A stretch of 63,842 nt of DNA, filler included, from Folioceros fuciformis (Eukaryota), in assembly GCA_049999805.1 (NCBI GenBank). It is 10 parts of 10 records of this genome, joined end to end, with 100 filler letters (N's around TTAATTAATTAA, not from the genome) between each part and the next. Parts side by side here need not be neighbours in the genome. Positions count along the whole stretch, not along the records: positions 38,753 to 46,027 come from JBNGIO010001358.1; positions 46,128 to 57,197 come from JBNGIO010001359.1; positions 57,298 to 60,258 come from JBNGIO010001360.1; 7 more parts are not named here. One strand, written 5' to 3'. A model generated the notes under the pieces. That model saw only the letters and a list, made by a program, of their open reading frames with translations. It searched no databases and had not been told where the DNA came from. The position numbers were made by a program, and so were the translations under genes. Shown piece after piece: positions 44,873 to 59,463 of the stretch; the first letter of the stretch is position 1; every line of letters begins with the position of its first letter.

Positions 44873-46027
44873 TTATTTATTTATTTATCATTAGGCGTAT
44901 GTAGCCGTGAGGCTATGACGCCGGAACGTGAATCAAAAACATGATTGAATGGACACTTTGGGAAATCGCAAAAGAAAGAGGATTAGAGCAAACAAAATAG
45001 CAAATCTAGATAGCAATGTCAATAAGCCTAAGTTAAGTAATCGCCAATCGGCTTGAAGTAAGAGAGAAGTTTTTCCTTGAGTTTGGGAACACTAAGAAGT
45101 GGGCGGATATCGTAGTAAGAGCCTTGAAACATATGGATCCAAGTGTTGCGAGTGGCCATACACTGACCAAGGATGTGGTGACGAGTTTCTTCTGAAGACC
45201 TGCATTTCCGACAAAAAGGATCCTCTGCAATATTGAATCTCCTAAAGCCCCAATAGCCCTATGCCCAGTTCGAAGCTGGGTGAGAAATGATGAGAGCTTA
45301 CGGTCATGGAGACCAAGGCGTTGTAGCACCGAGGCCGAAGGGCCACCAAGCACCACCCTCTTAAGCGTAGAAGCCTTAGTTGAGGAAACCCACCGTAAAC
45401 GCCACTCCTGTAGACTTGCAGCATGAATTTGCTGGCGAGCTCTAGACACTGATAGGATCCGATCTTCGCGGGGAATGGGAAGAAGAGTGGCAGCCTTGGC
45501 GGTTACATCTGCATGCTCATTACCAACTATATTGTGATGGCCCGGAATCCAGTGGAAATTAAGGGAAACCTCCGGATGAGCAACCGAGAAGGCATGGAGA
45601 GATGTCCTAGCTTGGAGAGATATAGCTTGGGCTAGGCGAGCCGAAGTGTCCGTTAAAGACATTATAGCTGCTTGATTGTCAAGGAAAATTGTAATTGATG
45701 AAATCCTGGGGATGGAAGCAAAGAGGGTGGGCAGGCATGAAATTGCTTTGACTATAGAGAGGAGTTCTGCCTCATAAACCCCGTAGTATGTTTCTAAACC
45801 AAAAGATAATTGATGAACAATATCCCCATCGAAGTAGAAATAGCCGCGCCCCCGGCATGACCATTCAGAAGAGAACCATCAGTGTAAATGACAAGGGCAT
45901 CAGGAGTCAAAAGATGTAGGGAATGTGAGGCAATAGCAGAAGTGGGAGATTGTAAAATTACAATGGTTGTGGGTAAAGAAAGAGGAGAGGCCCAGGGAGG
46001 CACGAGTCGAGGAAAAATAGTCTCAAT
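44873..46027 (-). mobile_element. 3' part of an RNase H-containing LINE (I/Tad1/R1-like), with a (TAAA)n tail
   Basis: IYTDGSLLNG, VYEAEL, IFLDNQAAI and HWIPGHHNIVGNEHADVTAK (RNase H); then LTQLRTGH and a frameshifted CxxC..HIL..C knuckle. Plus-strand TTATTTATTTATTTAT at about 44873-44888 is the 3' tail. The 5' part runs into the gap. Confidence 0.85.
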
Positions 46028-48068
46028 NNNNNNNNNNNNNNNNNNNNNNNNNNNNNNNNNNNNNNNNNNNNTTAATTAATTAANNNNNNNNNNNNNNNNN
46101 NNNNNNNNNNNNNNNNNNNNNNNNNNNGGCTTAGCAAAGACACGGTTAGAATTTCTCTCCTGGAGGCAAGATATAATGCAGTGTACCACTGACATGAAGA
46201 TTCCTTGGTGATTCTTTATGTTAATACCTTGCTTGAGTTGGGGGAGGATTGACGGATCATGAGCACGAACATGCTACAGTGGCTAAGGGAATCTCATATG
46301 CTAGCCGCTATCAAGGACTCCAAGTTTGGCAAAGGAAAGGTTACCCTTGCGACCAGAGTGGTCCTCAAAGCACATCTTGGTTTTCTAGGACTACCCAATG
46401 CTCCCAAGGGAGTGGGAGCTCAGATGGAAGGAAGATATGGAGGTAGATACCGCGGTGCCGATGGAGGAAGATCCCAGAACAGAGGAGGCGAGTGGGGTAC
46501 CTAGATCTTCTTTAGTGCAGGATGTAACTTCCTCTACTGAGTACAAGGTCATGAATAGTGAGGTGCCCCCACGGTTGGCTCGTAAGCAACCCTATGTAGG
46601 CTCAAGAAAAGTCCGATTTGGAGACAACGCATATCGCAGACTCGGAAAGGAAGGTCTCAAGAGCGAAAGAGGTGGCTCCAGGAGAGGTTTGTAATCAGCG
46701 GATACCGTCAGATGACCCCCCGAAAACTAGGCCAAGAGAGGAGGTGAACCGAACACCACCCCTCAATAAACAGGTGGTATTCAAGGAAGTCCTATCCTTA
46801 GCCCTGGAGACAGAGTCGTGCTCGCTAAGGCAGCCTAAAGTGCGTGCAGGTCAAAGGCAACGACTAAAAGCAAGATCAGAGGTTACAGGCAGTTCGATTC
46901 GAAAAAAGCAGAATTAAAGTAGTAAGGAAAGCAAGCATGTAAGAGCAAGGGGTGAGCAAGGCGAAGTCGGGCCACCTCATAATGTTGCGCAAGTTAAAGA
47001 CCTTGCCCCACATTCCCTAACCATTGAGAACATGACATGTTGAACTGCATCATGGGTGGCAATGTGGTGCCCCCCAATGGGACAATGTCCAGATGGGACC
47101 CTATGTCGACAATGGCAACTCAACAACTGCACGTAGGAAGAGAAAAAGCCAATTAGTGGACCAAACCTAAGCGAAATCTCATCGCGGTGGTGAAAGTTGC
47201 TAGTTCAATTCAAACGCTTGAAGCCAAATAACTGAGGGCACACTAGAAGGTGTCAGGACCTATGATGTCCCCAAGATCCTGCAAAACTTGATTGTTGAAC
47301 TTATGAAGAACCAAAGGTTTGTAAATTAATAAAATGTGAAATGTTGTGATAAGTAGACTTAGGTATAGAACAATCAGCTTTAAAAATTAAGCTTCTAGGT
47401 ATTTGCATTAAGAGACACTAGAGTTAAGCAAGGCATCGAGTTCATGAATTTATTCTTATAAATCTAGATTTAAGTTTATGATTTATAATATATGAAAGTA
47501 ATTTGATTTAGTACGAACCAATGAACAACTTGATTTTACAAATATAAATAGCCTTAATGGTAGTGAAATAAGATATGAGAAAGAACAGGTATGTTGGTAC
47601 AATAAGTGTGGACAGTAATCCATCAAGGTCAATAAAAAGGATGCAAAGATAAATACAAACTAAACTTAACCATGGTTTACATAAAGAGAGAAGGGTTATC
47701 AAGGGCGAACATAAGCACATGGATGAAACTATGAAATGGGTTTGAATATCATAAAAATAACTACATAACAGGATTCCATTTGTGGTAGATAGAATTAGGC
47801 ATTGTCTTAAAACATTGCAAGACATTCTTTCCATATCTCTGTTTGGTGATTGATTAAGTTATTAAATAGCAGCAATAGGTTTAGGCTTTAGTTACACGAT
47901 GGAGAAAAGTGGGTTCCGCGTTTTGTAAACATTGTGGAGCAAAATGGGTCTAGGGTTGAGCGGCTTAGAGTGGAGCATATGGAGGGCATTATAGGGTTAT
48001 GGGTTATGATGAGGAGTACAATTGTTTGGTTTTGATCATTTTACAAGTCTTTCTACTGCCTCTGTCAC

Positions 48069-50622
48069 ATGGCGGGTGACACCCAGCCTTCACCTGTCAA
48101 GGACACCCCTTGCCAAGTGTGTTCTCAACTTTGCTCTGGGGTCAAGGGGGTGAAGTGCCATATTGGTCACAAGCATGAGGACTTCGATAGGACCACTTGG
48201 GTAGCACAAGTGCGACTTGCTTCTTCCTCCGAACCAGCTACCAATCCTTTTCTAACAGATCCTTTGGGGCCGTCCCCAGAGGCTTGGTTGTGGCTTCAAG
48301 GGCAATCTGATCACTTGTTGGCTCTTTTCTATGCTCGTTTTCCATGTCCTCGCGTCTTCCAATGTCTCCCTAGGCGCCTACATGATGATATTTGCCTTGC
48401 TTATCGTCTTCCCTTGGATCGCCTTGCTCGGGACCCAAGGGATGAGGGTGCTTGGATTTTTTTTCCTTTTCCTACCTAGATGGTGCCTTCGGCGCTCTAG
48501 GAGTGGTCCGTCATGGTGCCCTCTCGACTTTGCCGTTTTCGATCCGGAGATTGGCAAGCTCTTCAGGAGGAGGATCTACTAGCAGCAATATCTCGATTGG
48601 AGTCAGCTAAGGTTGACAAGGTATACCATGACCCATTTAAAGCGCGTCTCAAGCGGTGTCTCATGTTGGGCAGGGATGGTGAATATGCTCGGGCTGCTAG
48701 AGCATTGCGCCCGGGGTCGGCTGCATCTGCACTGAGGACACCATTGCTGCACTTCGTGCCCTTCATCCAGAACCTCATGACACTATACCGCAAGATCTTC
48801 TTGACCAGATGGTCGAGGAGCCTTTTTGCTTGGATAGGGTTGTTTTTGGGCATTTACTCTCTTTTGCGCTGCGACTTTCTTCATAGGGTTTGTCTGGCAC
48901 AGTTTATGACCATTTTCGAGATTATTTTTCTCCTGAGGATCCCTCAAGTGGTTTTTCGGAGCTTTATACACTAGCAGTTGCTGTGGCTAGGGGCAAAGTT
49001 CCCAATCGAATCTCTCAAGTTTTGGTAGCTAGTAGGCTACTTGCATTGGAAAAGCCCACCTCAAGAGTGCGCCCTATCACTGTGGGAGAGGTATTTTTGC
49101 ACCTTATCAGGTGAAGTATCGCAATTCAACTTCGGGAGTACTTCCAAGCGCATCTTGCACCCTATCAATTTGGGAATGCTACGCCAGGTGGGTGTGAATC
49201 TACCGCTCTCGGCATCTAGGCGGCCCTTGAGTTACATCCTCACTAAGTAGCTTTGCAGGTTGATATTGAGAATGCTTTCAACACTGTCTCTAGGGTCGCC
49301 ATCTTCTCGGAGCTCAACAGTGCAGAAGGTCAATTGGCAAGTCTTATCCCTTTTGTTCGCTCCTTCTATGGCTCGCCATCCAAGCTCTTCTACCAACACG
49401 ACCCGACTATTGAGGGGGTCTCAATTTTTTATTCAGCAACAGGCACAAGGCAAGGGGATCCGCTGGGGGGTGCTCTTTTTGCAATGGCGCATTTTCGTGC
49501 GTTGTCCTCTACTGCCTTGGCATTTCGGGAATGCCTTTTCCCTTCCGTGGCTGATGATACTCATATTCTTGGGCAAGGAGTCACAGTCGAAGTAGCATTT
49601 GATTTCTTCTCATCAGAGCTCTCCAAGGTGGGGTTGCAGGTCAAGCTATCTAAATGTAGGGTTTGGTCCCCTTCAAGCATCACTCCCCTCCTTCAATATT
49701 TGGGGGGGGGATATCACCCCCTCGTAGGGACTTCAAGTCTTGGGTGTGCATGTGAGACCTCTTGATTTTGTTCATAGGTTTGAATCACAGTTTGGCGTTT
49801 CGAATCGCACCAGCAACTTTCGCCACTGCAATGAGATTTCGCTTAGGTTTGGCCCACCCCTTGGCTTTTTCTCTCTCTAAATGCAATTGTGGGGTTGCCA
49901 TTGTTGATATAGGGTCCCATTTGGCACATTGTCCCATTGGGGGGCACCGCATTTTCACTCATGATGCAGTTCGGGATGTCATGTTCTCAATGGCTAGGGA
50001 GTGTGGGTTTTTTCCGTATAGGGAGCGTCCACATACTTTGCGCAATGGGGTTTCACTTAGAGCCGACCTTTTCTTCACTAGGGGAGAATAAGTTTGTGTT
50101 GCTAATGTGGTTGTTATGGATCCCACTAGGGATTCGATTTGTGAGCACGTCATCATTAACCGCCCTGGTTGGGCGGCAAAGGGTTGTGCAAGTGTCGAAG
50201 TCCATAAGTATTCTCCCTTGCAAGACGGGCATACTTTCATCCCCCTTGCTCTTGAGACTCATGGAGTTATGGGCAAGGACTTTTCAAGGTTTATCAAGGA
50301 GTGCGCCAAGGTTTATCAAAGCAATAGGAATGGTGTTCTCCTTCTTTCCTCTGTGGTGCCCTTCTTTCGACAACGTATATCCATTGCTTTGCAACGAGCA
50401 TTGGCCAATGCAATTTTTAGAACAGCACCAAGCGTAGGTCAAGCGGCTTCTTTGGCACCGGTGGTAGGTAGGCCTTTTGTTATTCCACATCATGACATTT
50501 TGGGAGCATTAGGTAGTTTTTGAAAATGATATTTGCAGGGGAGAGTACCTCTTTTTGCCTTTGGCCCTCATGGGGTTGTTCCTCCAATCTTTGGAGTAGA
50601 TGGGACTTTCCATCTTTTTTTC
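48069..50622 (+). mobile_element. CRE-clade-like non-LTR retrotransposon (N-terminal zinc finger, RT, C-terminal CCHC plus restriction-like endonuclease), frameshifted and internally deleted
   Basis: CQVC..CHIGHKH; LALEKP..VRPITVGE; QVDIENAFNTVSR; GTRQGDPLG; SVADD; then CNCG..HLAHC, THDAVRD, RADL, KY, FIPLALETHG and RISIALQR (RLE motifs). Confidence 0.85.
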
Positions 50623-51628
50623 AATCATAGAAAATACCCCCTAAAAATTAAATAGCACTATGTGAGAACTAAGATTATGGTACCATGGCATATGACATAG
50701 TGCTAAGGTATATTCTCTAGATGTACTATATTGGAATATACAAGAGCATCTTTTAGATAACATTATATTATACAAACAATCCCGAATAACATGGAATGCA
50801 TCATAAAGTGTAGGAAAACATTCTCATCATACACACATTCAAGTCCTACGTGCCAAGTGTTTCATGAATTAATGAGATGTGTCATTTGTGAGCTGCTGAT
50901 CCTAGTTAGCATCATGGCCCTTAGTAGTGGTGTGGCAAGCCTAGCAGCACTAAGTGCTTGTTCCAATCTTCTTGTAGTTAGCGCCTTGCCAAGGCCCTAA
51001 CCTCAAGTTTTTTCATCTTGTTGTTGAAGACCTTTCTACACTTTGCTTTCTCAAGGTGCACAATAGACATGATCTAGTACCATAGATCTAGCTACGAGTT
51101 ATGACATTATTTTTGTAAGCATACTATAATTAATTTATACATAGTTTCTAGGATCATTTTTGATCAAGAGAAGGTAAGGATTTGTCATGGGCATGGAGAA
51201 TATCGTCTTTTCTCTAGGCTACGCCTCTAATTTCTCTTTAATGTTCTCTGATAAAAGATGCTGGGAGTAACGTTTGGTTAAGAAGTTTCTAGAGAGGAGT
51301 CTACTGAAGAAATTGCCAGGAATATATGTCATTGAAGTCTTCAAAGGACAGCTCTTTTATGAAAATGTATACAATTTAGACCTTGGCAAATAATTTTTAT
51401 CAAGAGGCTTAAAGTTTTTTTTTTTTTTGAATTCTTCAAGACAATTTATATTTCAGTAACCCTTCTAGTCTAAACTTGGAGGCCTAAAACTATTTACCCT
51501 AAAAAGAAAGGAATTTTTTTTCCTAAAACAACAAAAAAAATTCAAAAAAAGTAACTATTCAAAAACATGAAAGGGGAAAATTTTGTGGATTCATCAATCA
51601 TCAAACCAAATACACAACGGAGAATTAC

Positions 51629-51791
51629 TTTGTTAGAGGCCATGCATATTACTATCTCAACACAAGCTTTGTCAATGGCCATGCATATTATCATCTCAAC
51701 ACAAGCTTTGTTAGAGGCCATGCATATTATCTACTCAACACTAGCTTTGTTAGAGGCCATGCATGTTACCATCCCAACACAAGCTTTGTCA
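51629..51791. repeat. 39-bp minisatellite (TTAGAGGCCATGCATATT...CAACACAAGCTTTG), about 4 copies, inside the hAT remnant
   Basis: Direct reading; it gives repeated LEAMHI..STQAL in ORF 51567..51797. Confidence 0.85.
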
Positions 51792-52330
51792 TCATAGTAT
51801 TGTGATGGGATTGTTTTTACTCCCATGATCTGTTGCAGATTAATTGTACCAAGAACGAAATTATGCGGTGAAAGATACATATTCATGCTATGGTAATATG
51901 CCATTTGAAACAAACAAATCAGACCATCAGAACCACACCCCACTGCATTCTTCACCACCTTTGTAAATCTTGAATTATCATGATCTCGGGTTCTAGTTAA
52001 GTTTGGATGAATTGCATTGAAAGCATGTTTGTCCAAAAAATTGGACTTGATGTTTGTTGTGCCATTGCACCATATGCTATAACTTCTCTTCCCATATTGG
52101 CTGCAAATTTTACACCAAACCATCTTAGTCTCAGTATCGTATTGCATGGATACTTTTTTTGATGTAACTCCCTTCACTTCTTGGATGGTCAAGTTGTGTT
52201 TGCTTTAGCTTTCTCATTATCATTATCGCAGTCCCCCAAATTCTCTGACACTTCCTGTCTAGACCTCTCTCTTAACTGTTCGGAAAGACTTGATTACTTA
52301 GACATCCGTGCGATTCATGGATTTGGCAGC
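51731..52330 (-). mobile_element. hAT-like transposase N-terminal remnant (C17orf113/ZNF862-type zinc finger)
   Basis: MVWCKIC...NGTTNIK...LDKH...IH followed by LF..AYY and YYDDKAC; degenerate. Confidence 0.55.
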
Positions 52331-53514
52331 GGCTCCCATGTAGCAACCTAAGATGAAATATAAAATAGAAGGAAGCAAAAAGTATGTAGACACACATACT
52401 TTAAGTTGTAGTCTTAACCTACATTCATAGAATAGAGGAGTCTTTATGTCTTGCTACTTCTCTTTTGAATCTTGTTGAAATTATTCCTTATTATCATACT
52501 CAGAAATAAACTTATTTGATTTGAAATAAACTTATATGATTTGATTTATGGACTGTATGAACATTCTGAAGGTTTTAATGTAGAGTGTAATATACATTTT
52601 TTAGTATATGGAGTTAAAAATTATTTTCCTTAAAAAAATCTAAAAACTATACGATTCCCGTGTGCGATTTTTTCCACTTCGGTTGAAGGCTGGAGCCATT
52701 GTTTTTCAAAAATACCTTTCGGGTTTAGGGTTTAAAAAAAATGCCCGTTTCTTCCAAGGTTTAGGGGCCAAGTTGTTAACGGGCTTTCCCGAGGTCTGGG
52801 CGTACATGCATTAAGTGGATCGTGTGAGCTTGTGAGGAGGAAAGTCCCAGTCCCGTATGGTATGGTTGTCTTTCTCGCCACCTTCGACGCTGGAAGGTAT
52901 GGCTACAGATCATGCAGGGGGACAAACAGGCTAGACTTGTGGGCCCTTGACCCAAACCCAGTTACGTGCAAGGAATAACACGGTGCATTGGGAGGAATTG
53001 AACAGCCGTGATGCGGAATGAGCTCATCCACCCCTTCCAATTTTGCCTCGTTGCAACTGCTCCACCCGTCAATGATTCGCATCAGCGTGTTCCCGCTCGG
53101 CTGCCACTGCTTCTGGTTGAGGCTAGCGTGGAAGCGGGATGGTGTGGCTGCTAGAGCCGGCGGCCCACAGTTAGTCTGCCGCACAGAAGGGAGCTCTACT
53201 GGATTGGCCATGGCGGGCGGACGCCGCTGGTAGCACCTGGACGCTCTGCTGTCTGGATAAACACGGCGTTGCTGTTCAGGTGCAGATATTTAGGGTTCCT
53301 TGCCCGGATCTGCTGCGAGAGGGGCTTCCACATTCCAGAAAGCTGAGCTGGGGGAGCCAGGTTGTCAGCCGTGGCGTGGCCTACTTCTTCGAGCTGCCCT
53401 TCAAATGTCCCCGCCTGAGCGGAGCTTAGCAGGCTCGCACCGCTCCTGTCCATTCGACTCGACTCCATTTGCACCCTGTCCTAGCCTTAGCTTGCCCGTA
53501 GCTACCTCTAGAGA

Positions 53515-54633
53515 ATGGCTAATGAAACGATCCCGTCCAGTAGGGAAGAGCAACTTGCTACCTGGGCCGGCGTGGGTGTTAATCCCGGCGCCCAGATTAT
53601 CGCTTCCCTCTCAGCCAGCCTAAACCATGGGGTTCAGGCCCCGGCTCTACCTACGAGACTCCAGCTGCAACTGGCCGCGGGGCAGACCGGGACGTCCACC
53701 CTCACCTTGTTTTTGCACACCTCGCCTGCGGCTGATCGTGAACCAGGGCCTAACGGTAGGAACGCTAGCGTGCATGTGCGGATCGTGGTGTCCTTCTCCA
53801 ACCACGAGGATGGTAGCAGGAACAATCCGGATTCTGGTGCCCTCCCCGTGCGCCAGGACCTGGCCGCTCTCTACGCGTCCCTGCAGCACGAGCAGCAGCT
53901 GTTTGTGCTTGGAGTCCACCGGCCCGTGCAAGCCGCCCAAGCTTGGTACCGGGACCTACTTAATCGTCTCTTTGCCGTGAACCACGATGTTGAGATCGCA
54001 CTGGGCATGGCCAGAGCTTGGATCATACTCGCAACACTCCTAGCGTGTTTCGGTGTTGGCAGTTTGCTGGGGGGCCGCAGCAGCCAAGACTCTGCACATT
54101 ACGTGGTACTGTTGTACGTCCGTGCTTACTTGACAATGTCTCTGTTTGAAGTCTCCTGCCCCCTTCCTTCCTCACTTTTTTTCCTTCCCCCCACAAAATC
54201 GGCATCCAGATTGTGGTTGCGCTCGTGAATATGGGCGTTGCTCCTGACGTGTGCGTGAGTGGCTCCAACAATTGGGCAATGTGGGTTTGTGAAGGTCTGT
54301 GAACGGTACCTACAGTGGAAGCTCTTCCAGCTTGACAATGCAGCAAATCCCAGGCTTGCAGTGTTGCGAGAAAGAGAGAGACGCGTGAGACTAATCCTCC
54401 ACTCGCTCACGTCAATAGACCTATCTGCGGAGGGGATTCACTTGCGCACTGAGCACCTTCTGCGGAAGTTGAGGGTAGTCATCCAGGGAGAGGTGCCTCC
54501 TGTTTCATGGACTACGAGACTGGACAGAATGCTCATGGACTACGAGGAGACGGGGCGGAATCTAGCGGCCCAAGTTGCCCAGTTGGTCGAGATAGTGTTA
54601 GGAACCATGATGGTGTGGGAGCCAGACATGTGA
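53515..54633 (+). CDS. Hypothetical membrane protein; putative exons 53515-54150 and 54295-54633
   Basis: ATG ORF with two hydrophobic segments (AWIILATLLACFGVGSLLGG; YVVLLYVRAYLTMSLF). A 144-bp GT-AG intron joins the two ORFs in frame. No family recognised. Confidence 0.4.
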
Positions 54634-54916
54634 GAGCTATTCCTTCTGTCCCACGAAAGCGACTTCAGAATTGGAAATGTTCTCTCATTTCGTGCGTTTC
54701 CATCCTAAGAGTGCCAGTAAGCCGACATTAGCCACTGTTCATCCTCTGCTGGAACCTGAGCCATCTTTAGGACTGTATCTAGCCAAGGATAAGGGAGCAC
54801 TTGTCGACGGCGCCCCCACACCTCCTCACAAAACCCTTGCTGATTGCCAGGTTACCTGCATGAGGCAACGACGGTCGCAAAGTTGAATAAAGAAAAAATC
54901 TTCCTCACAGCCCATC

Positions 54917-57190
<2,274 letters not shown>

Positions 57191-57297
57191 GAGAACANNN
57201 NNNNNNNNNNNNNNNNNNNNNNNNNNNNNNNNNNNNNNNNNTTAATTAATTAANNNNNNNNNNNNNNNNNNNNNNNNNNNNNNNNNNNNNNNNNNNN

Positions 57298-58550
57298 TAC
57301 CTAAAGGGCACACATCGTTATGGGCTTATGTACAAACGAAGTGGTAATTCCAGGCTTACCCTTACAGGGTTCACAGATGCAGATTGGGCCACAGATTTTG
57401 ACTCCTGTCGCAGTCTTTCAACCTATTGTTTTCTGCTGGCCAATGCTGCTGTAACATGGAGCTGCAAAAAGCAAGCTTCCATATCCCTCAGCAGCACTGA
57501 AGCGGAATACAAATCGCTAACTGAGGCCTCTAAGGAAGTTGAGTGGGAGAGAACCTTCCTCGCTGACCTTGGCGAGAAGCAGCTCCAGCCTACCCTTATC
57601 TTCTATCACAATACAGGTGCACTGGAATTAGTGTCCAAGCCCAAATACCATGCTCAAACAAAGCACATTGAAATTCGTCACCACTATATAAGAGATGTTG
57701 TGGAGCGAGGGATTGTCAAGGTTGATTACATCCCGACAGATGAGAATACAGCAGATATCTTGATCAAGGGACTGCCTAAACCTAAGCATTTCACACACAT
57801 GGAAGGCCTAGGACTACACGATTTTTCTGCCTATTTTGATCAATGATGTGCACTAATCTGAGTATGAGGGGGGGGGTGGAAGTCGTGCTTCCAAATTTTA
57901 TGATGTATGCTCCTCACTCCCTGGCGTCCATGTTCTGCACAAGCACATGCAAGTGGGCAGGTAATCAGGTCAGACAAGCTATATACACAAGAGCTAGAAG
58001 GACCAGCAGGTGGATGAAGCAAAAATTTCTACCTAATCGCTTGGCTGCCTCCTTCACAACAGCCCTACTCTTTAGACTGCCTCTTCTTGAGAAACTCCAG
58101 CAAGGTTGCAGCCTTCTCCAGCTGCTTGATGAGGGCGCCTTCACCCTCTACTCCTCAAGACTCCTTGGGCAGTTTTATCTCTTCCCCTTCTCGCACACGT
58201 CCCTAGACCAGTGTGATGTTGAGCTCCACGTAATAGCCTCCTGCGCAGATGCGCTGGCCGGTACAGTGGCGACCTTCCCATGACCAGCCCGTCCTTGGCT
58301 CCTCTTGCGTGGATTCCGAGCTAAAGGCAGATTCAGTGGACTTCGCCCTATGCCGCCTGCCGTTTCCGCGGTTGCCAGCACTGTGACCAGTTCCTCTCCA
58401 TGTCACCATGATCAGAAAGCTTAGGAGCTGGATGCAGGCAAACCTTGAGAGCTGGGCTCCTACGCAACGAGGGCAGCAATGCTGGTGGCCATCCTTAAGA
58501 GCTGCTGGGATCCCTGTGCAGGACTGAAGGTTGATGATTGCTTCCCAACA
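57298..58550 (+). mobile_element. Ty1/copia retrotransposon 3' end: RNase H ORF (to 57846), PPT (about 57866-57876) and probable 3' LTR
   Basis: GFTDADWA, WSCKKQ..SLSSTEAEY, HAQTKHIEIRHHYIRD and TDENTADIL.KGL, followed by GAGGGGGGGGG. The LTR end is tentatively ..CTTCCCAACA at 58550. Confidence 0.88.
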
Positions 58551-59451
58551 ACCGCGTACTGAGTGTGCATGCTAGCCACGCGGTGGCCTTCTCCTCGTGA
58601 GCACCAACTCCCCGTGATTTTTGGCGTTAAGGATTTTACGTGAAAGTCATTTAAAGCTTACCGTGTTTAGTTTAAGAGGGGGTGTTAAAAATAAATGATT
58701 TAGTTAAACCTAACACACAGGTTAAGCTATCTAAGGTTGACACACGAACAGTCACCTAGAAAGTATTTAAACAATTGTGTACTCTCATTTATTATAATCA
58801 TGTTTTATGCTTTTGTTATTCTTTAGCCTTCGCTCGTATTTTACACAATTGGTTAATCCATATGCTGGTGGAAGATGTAGATAGACATTTTTGGTTCCAA
58901 GCGGAGTGCAAAAAACAAAGTATTATAGGAAATGTTAAATTGGAGAGAATGGTACAACATGCCGTGACAAAGGCTTCAAAATTAGTGATGCAAATGTTGT
59001 TTTGCCTACAGAGACCAATTCTTCCTTTTATATCCGAAGCGAAAAACAAAATCACTTGTTGGTATATGAGGTTAAACATGCCTCTACTAATTGGCCTTTG
59101 TGCAATTCTCCGTATGCTATGCAGGGCTTTATTTGTAAACACCAAGTAAAGATTATGATGTTATTGGGGAAACTTACTTTGACTCAGCAACTCGTGTGGC
59201 AATTTATGCATATGGCACAACTTGGAGATGTTCCCATTTACGTTATAGCAAAGACATTGGATCATGAATATAAGGAAATAATGAATAGTTAATCATAGAT
59301 GAATTAGGGTTAGTTTAATAGTCAGTTATAGCAGTTCTACAAACCATTTTCGTAGATAGATACACCCTGCAACGATAAAAATATAACCGTTTTTTTCATT
59401 TTGCTCGTTTCACGCTGCCGCTCGTTCCCCTCACGCATCTGAACCTCGTTA

Positions 59452-59463
59452 TGGTATCAGAGC
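59452..59463 (+). mobile_element. LTR-retrotransposon primer-binding site complementary to the tRNA-iMet 3' end
   Basis: Exact TGGTATCAGAGC, followed by a leader and a Gly/acidic gag-like ORF start running into the gap. Confidence 0.7.

Noticed and set aside
46128..47330. Short charged ORFs after the gap as a host gene
   Set aside because: Fragmented by stops, located between two retroelements, with no recognisable motif; probably TE-derived.
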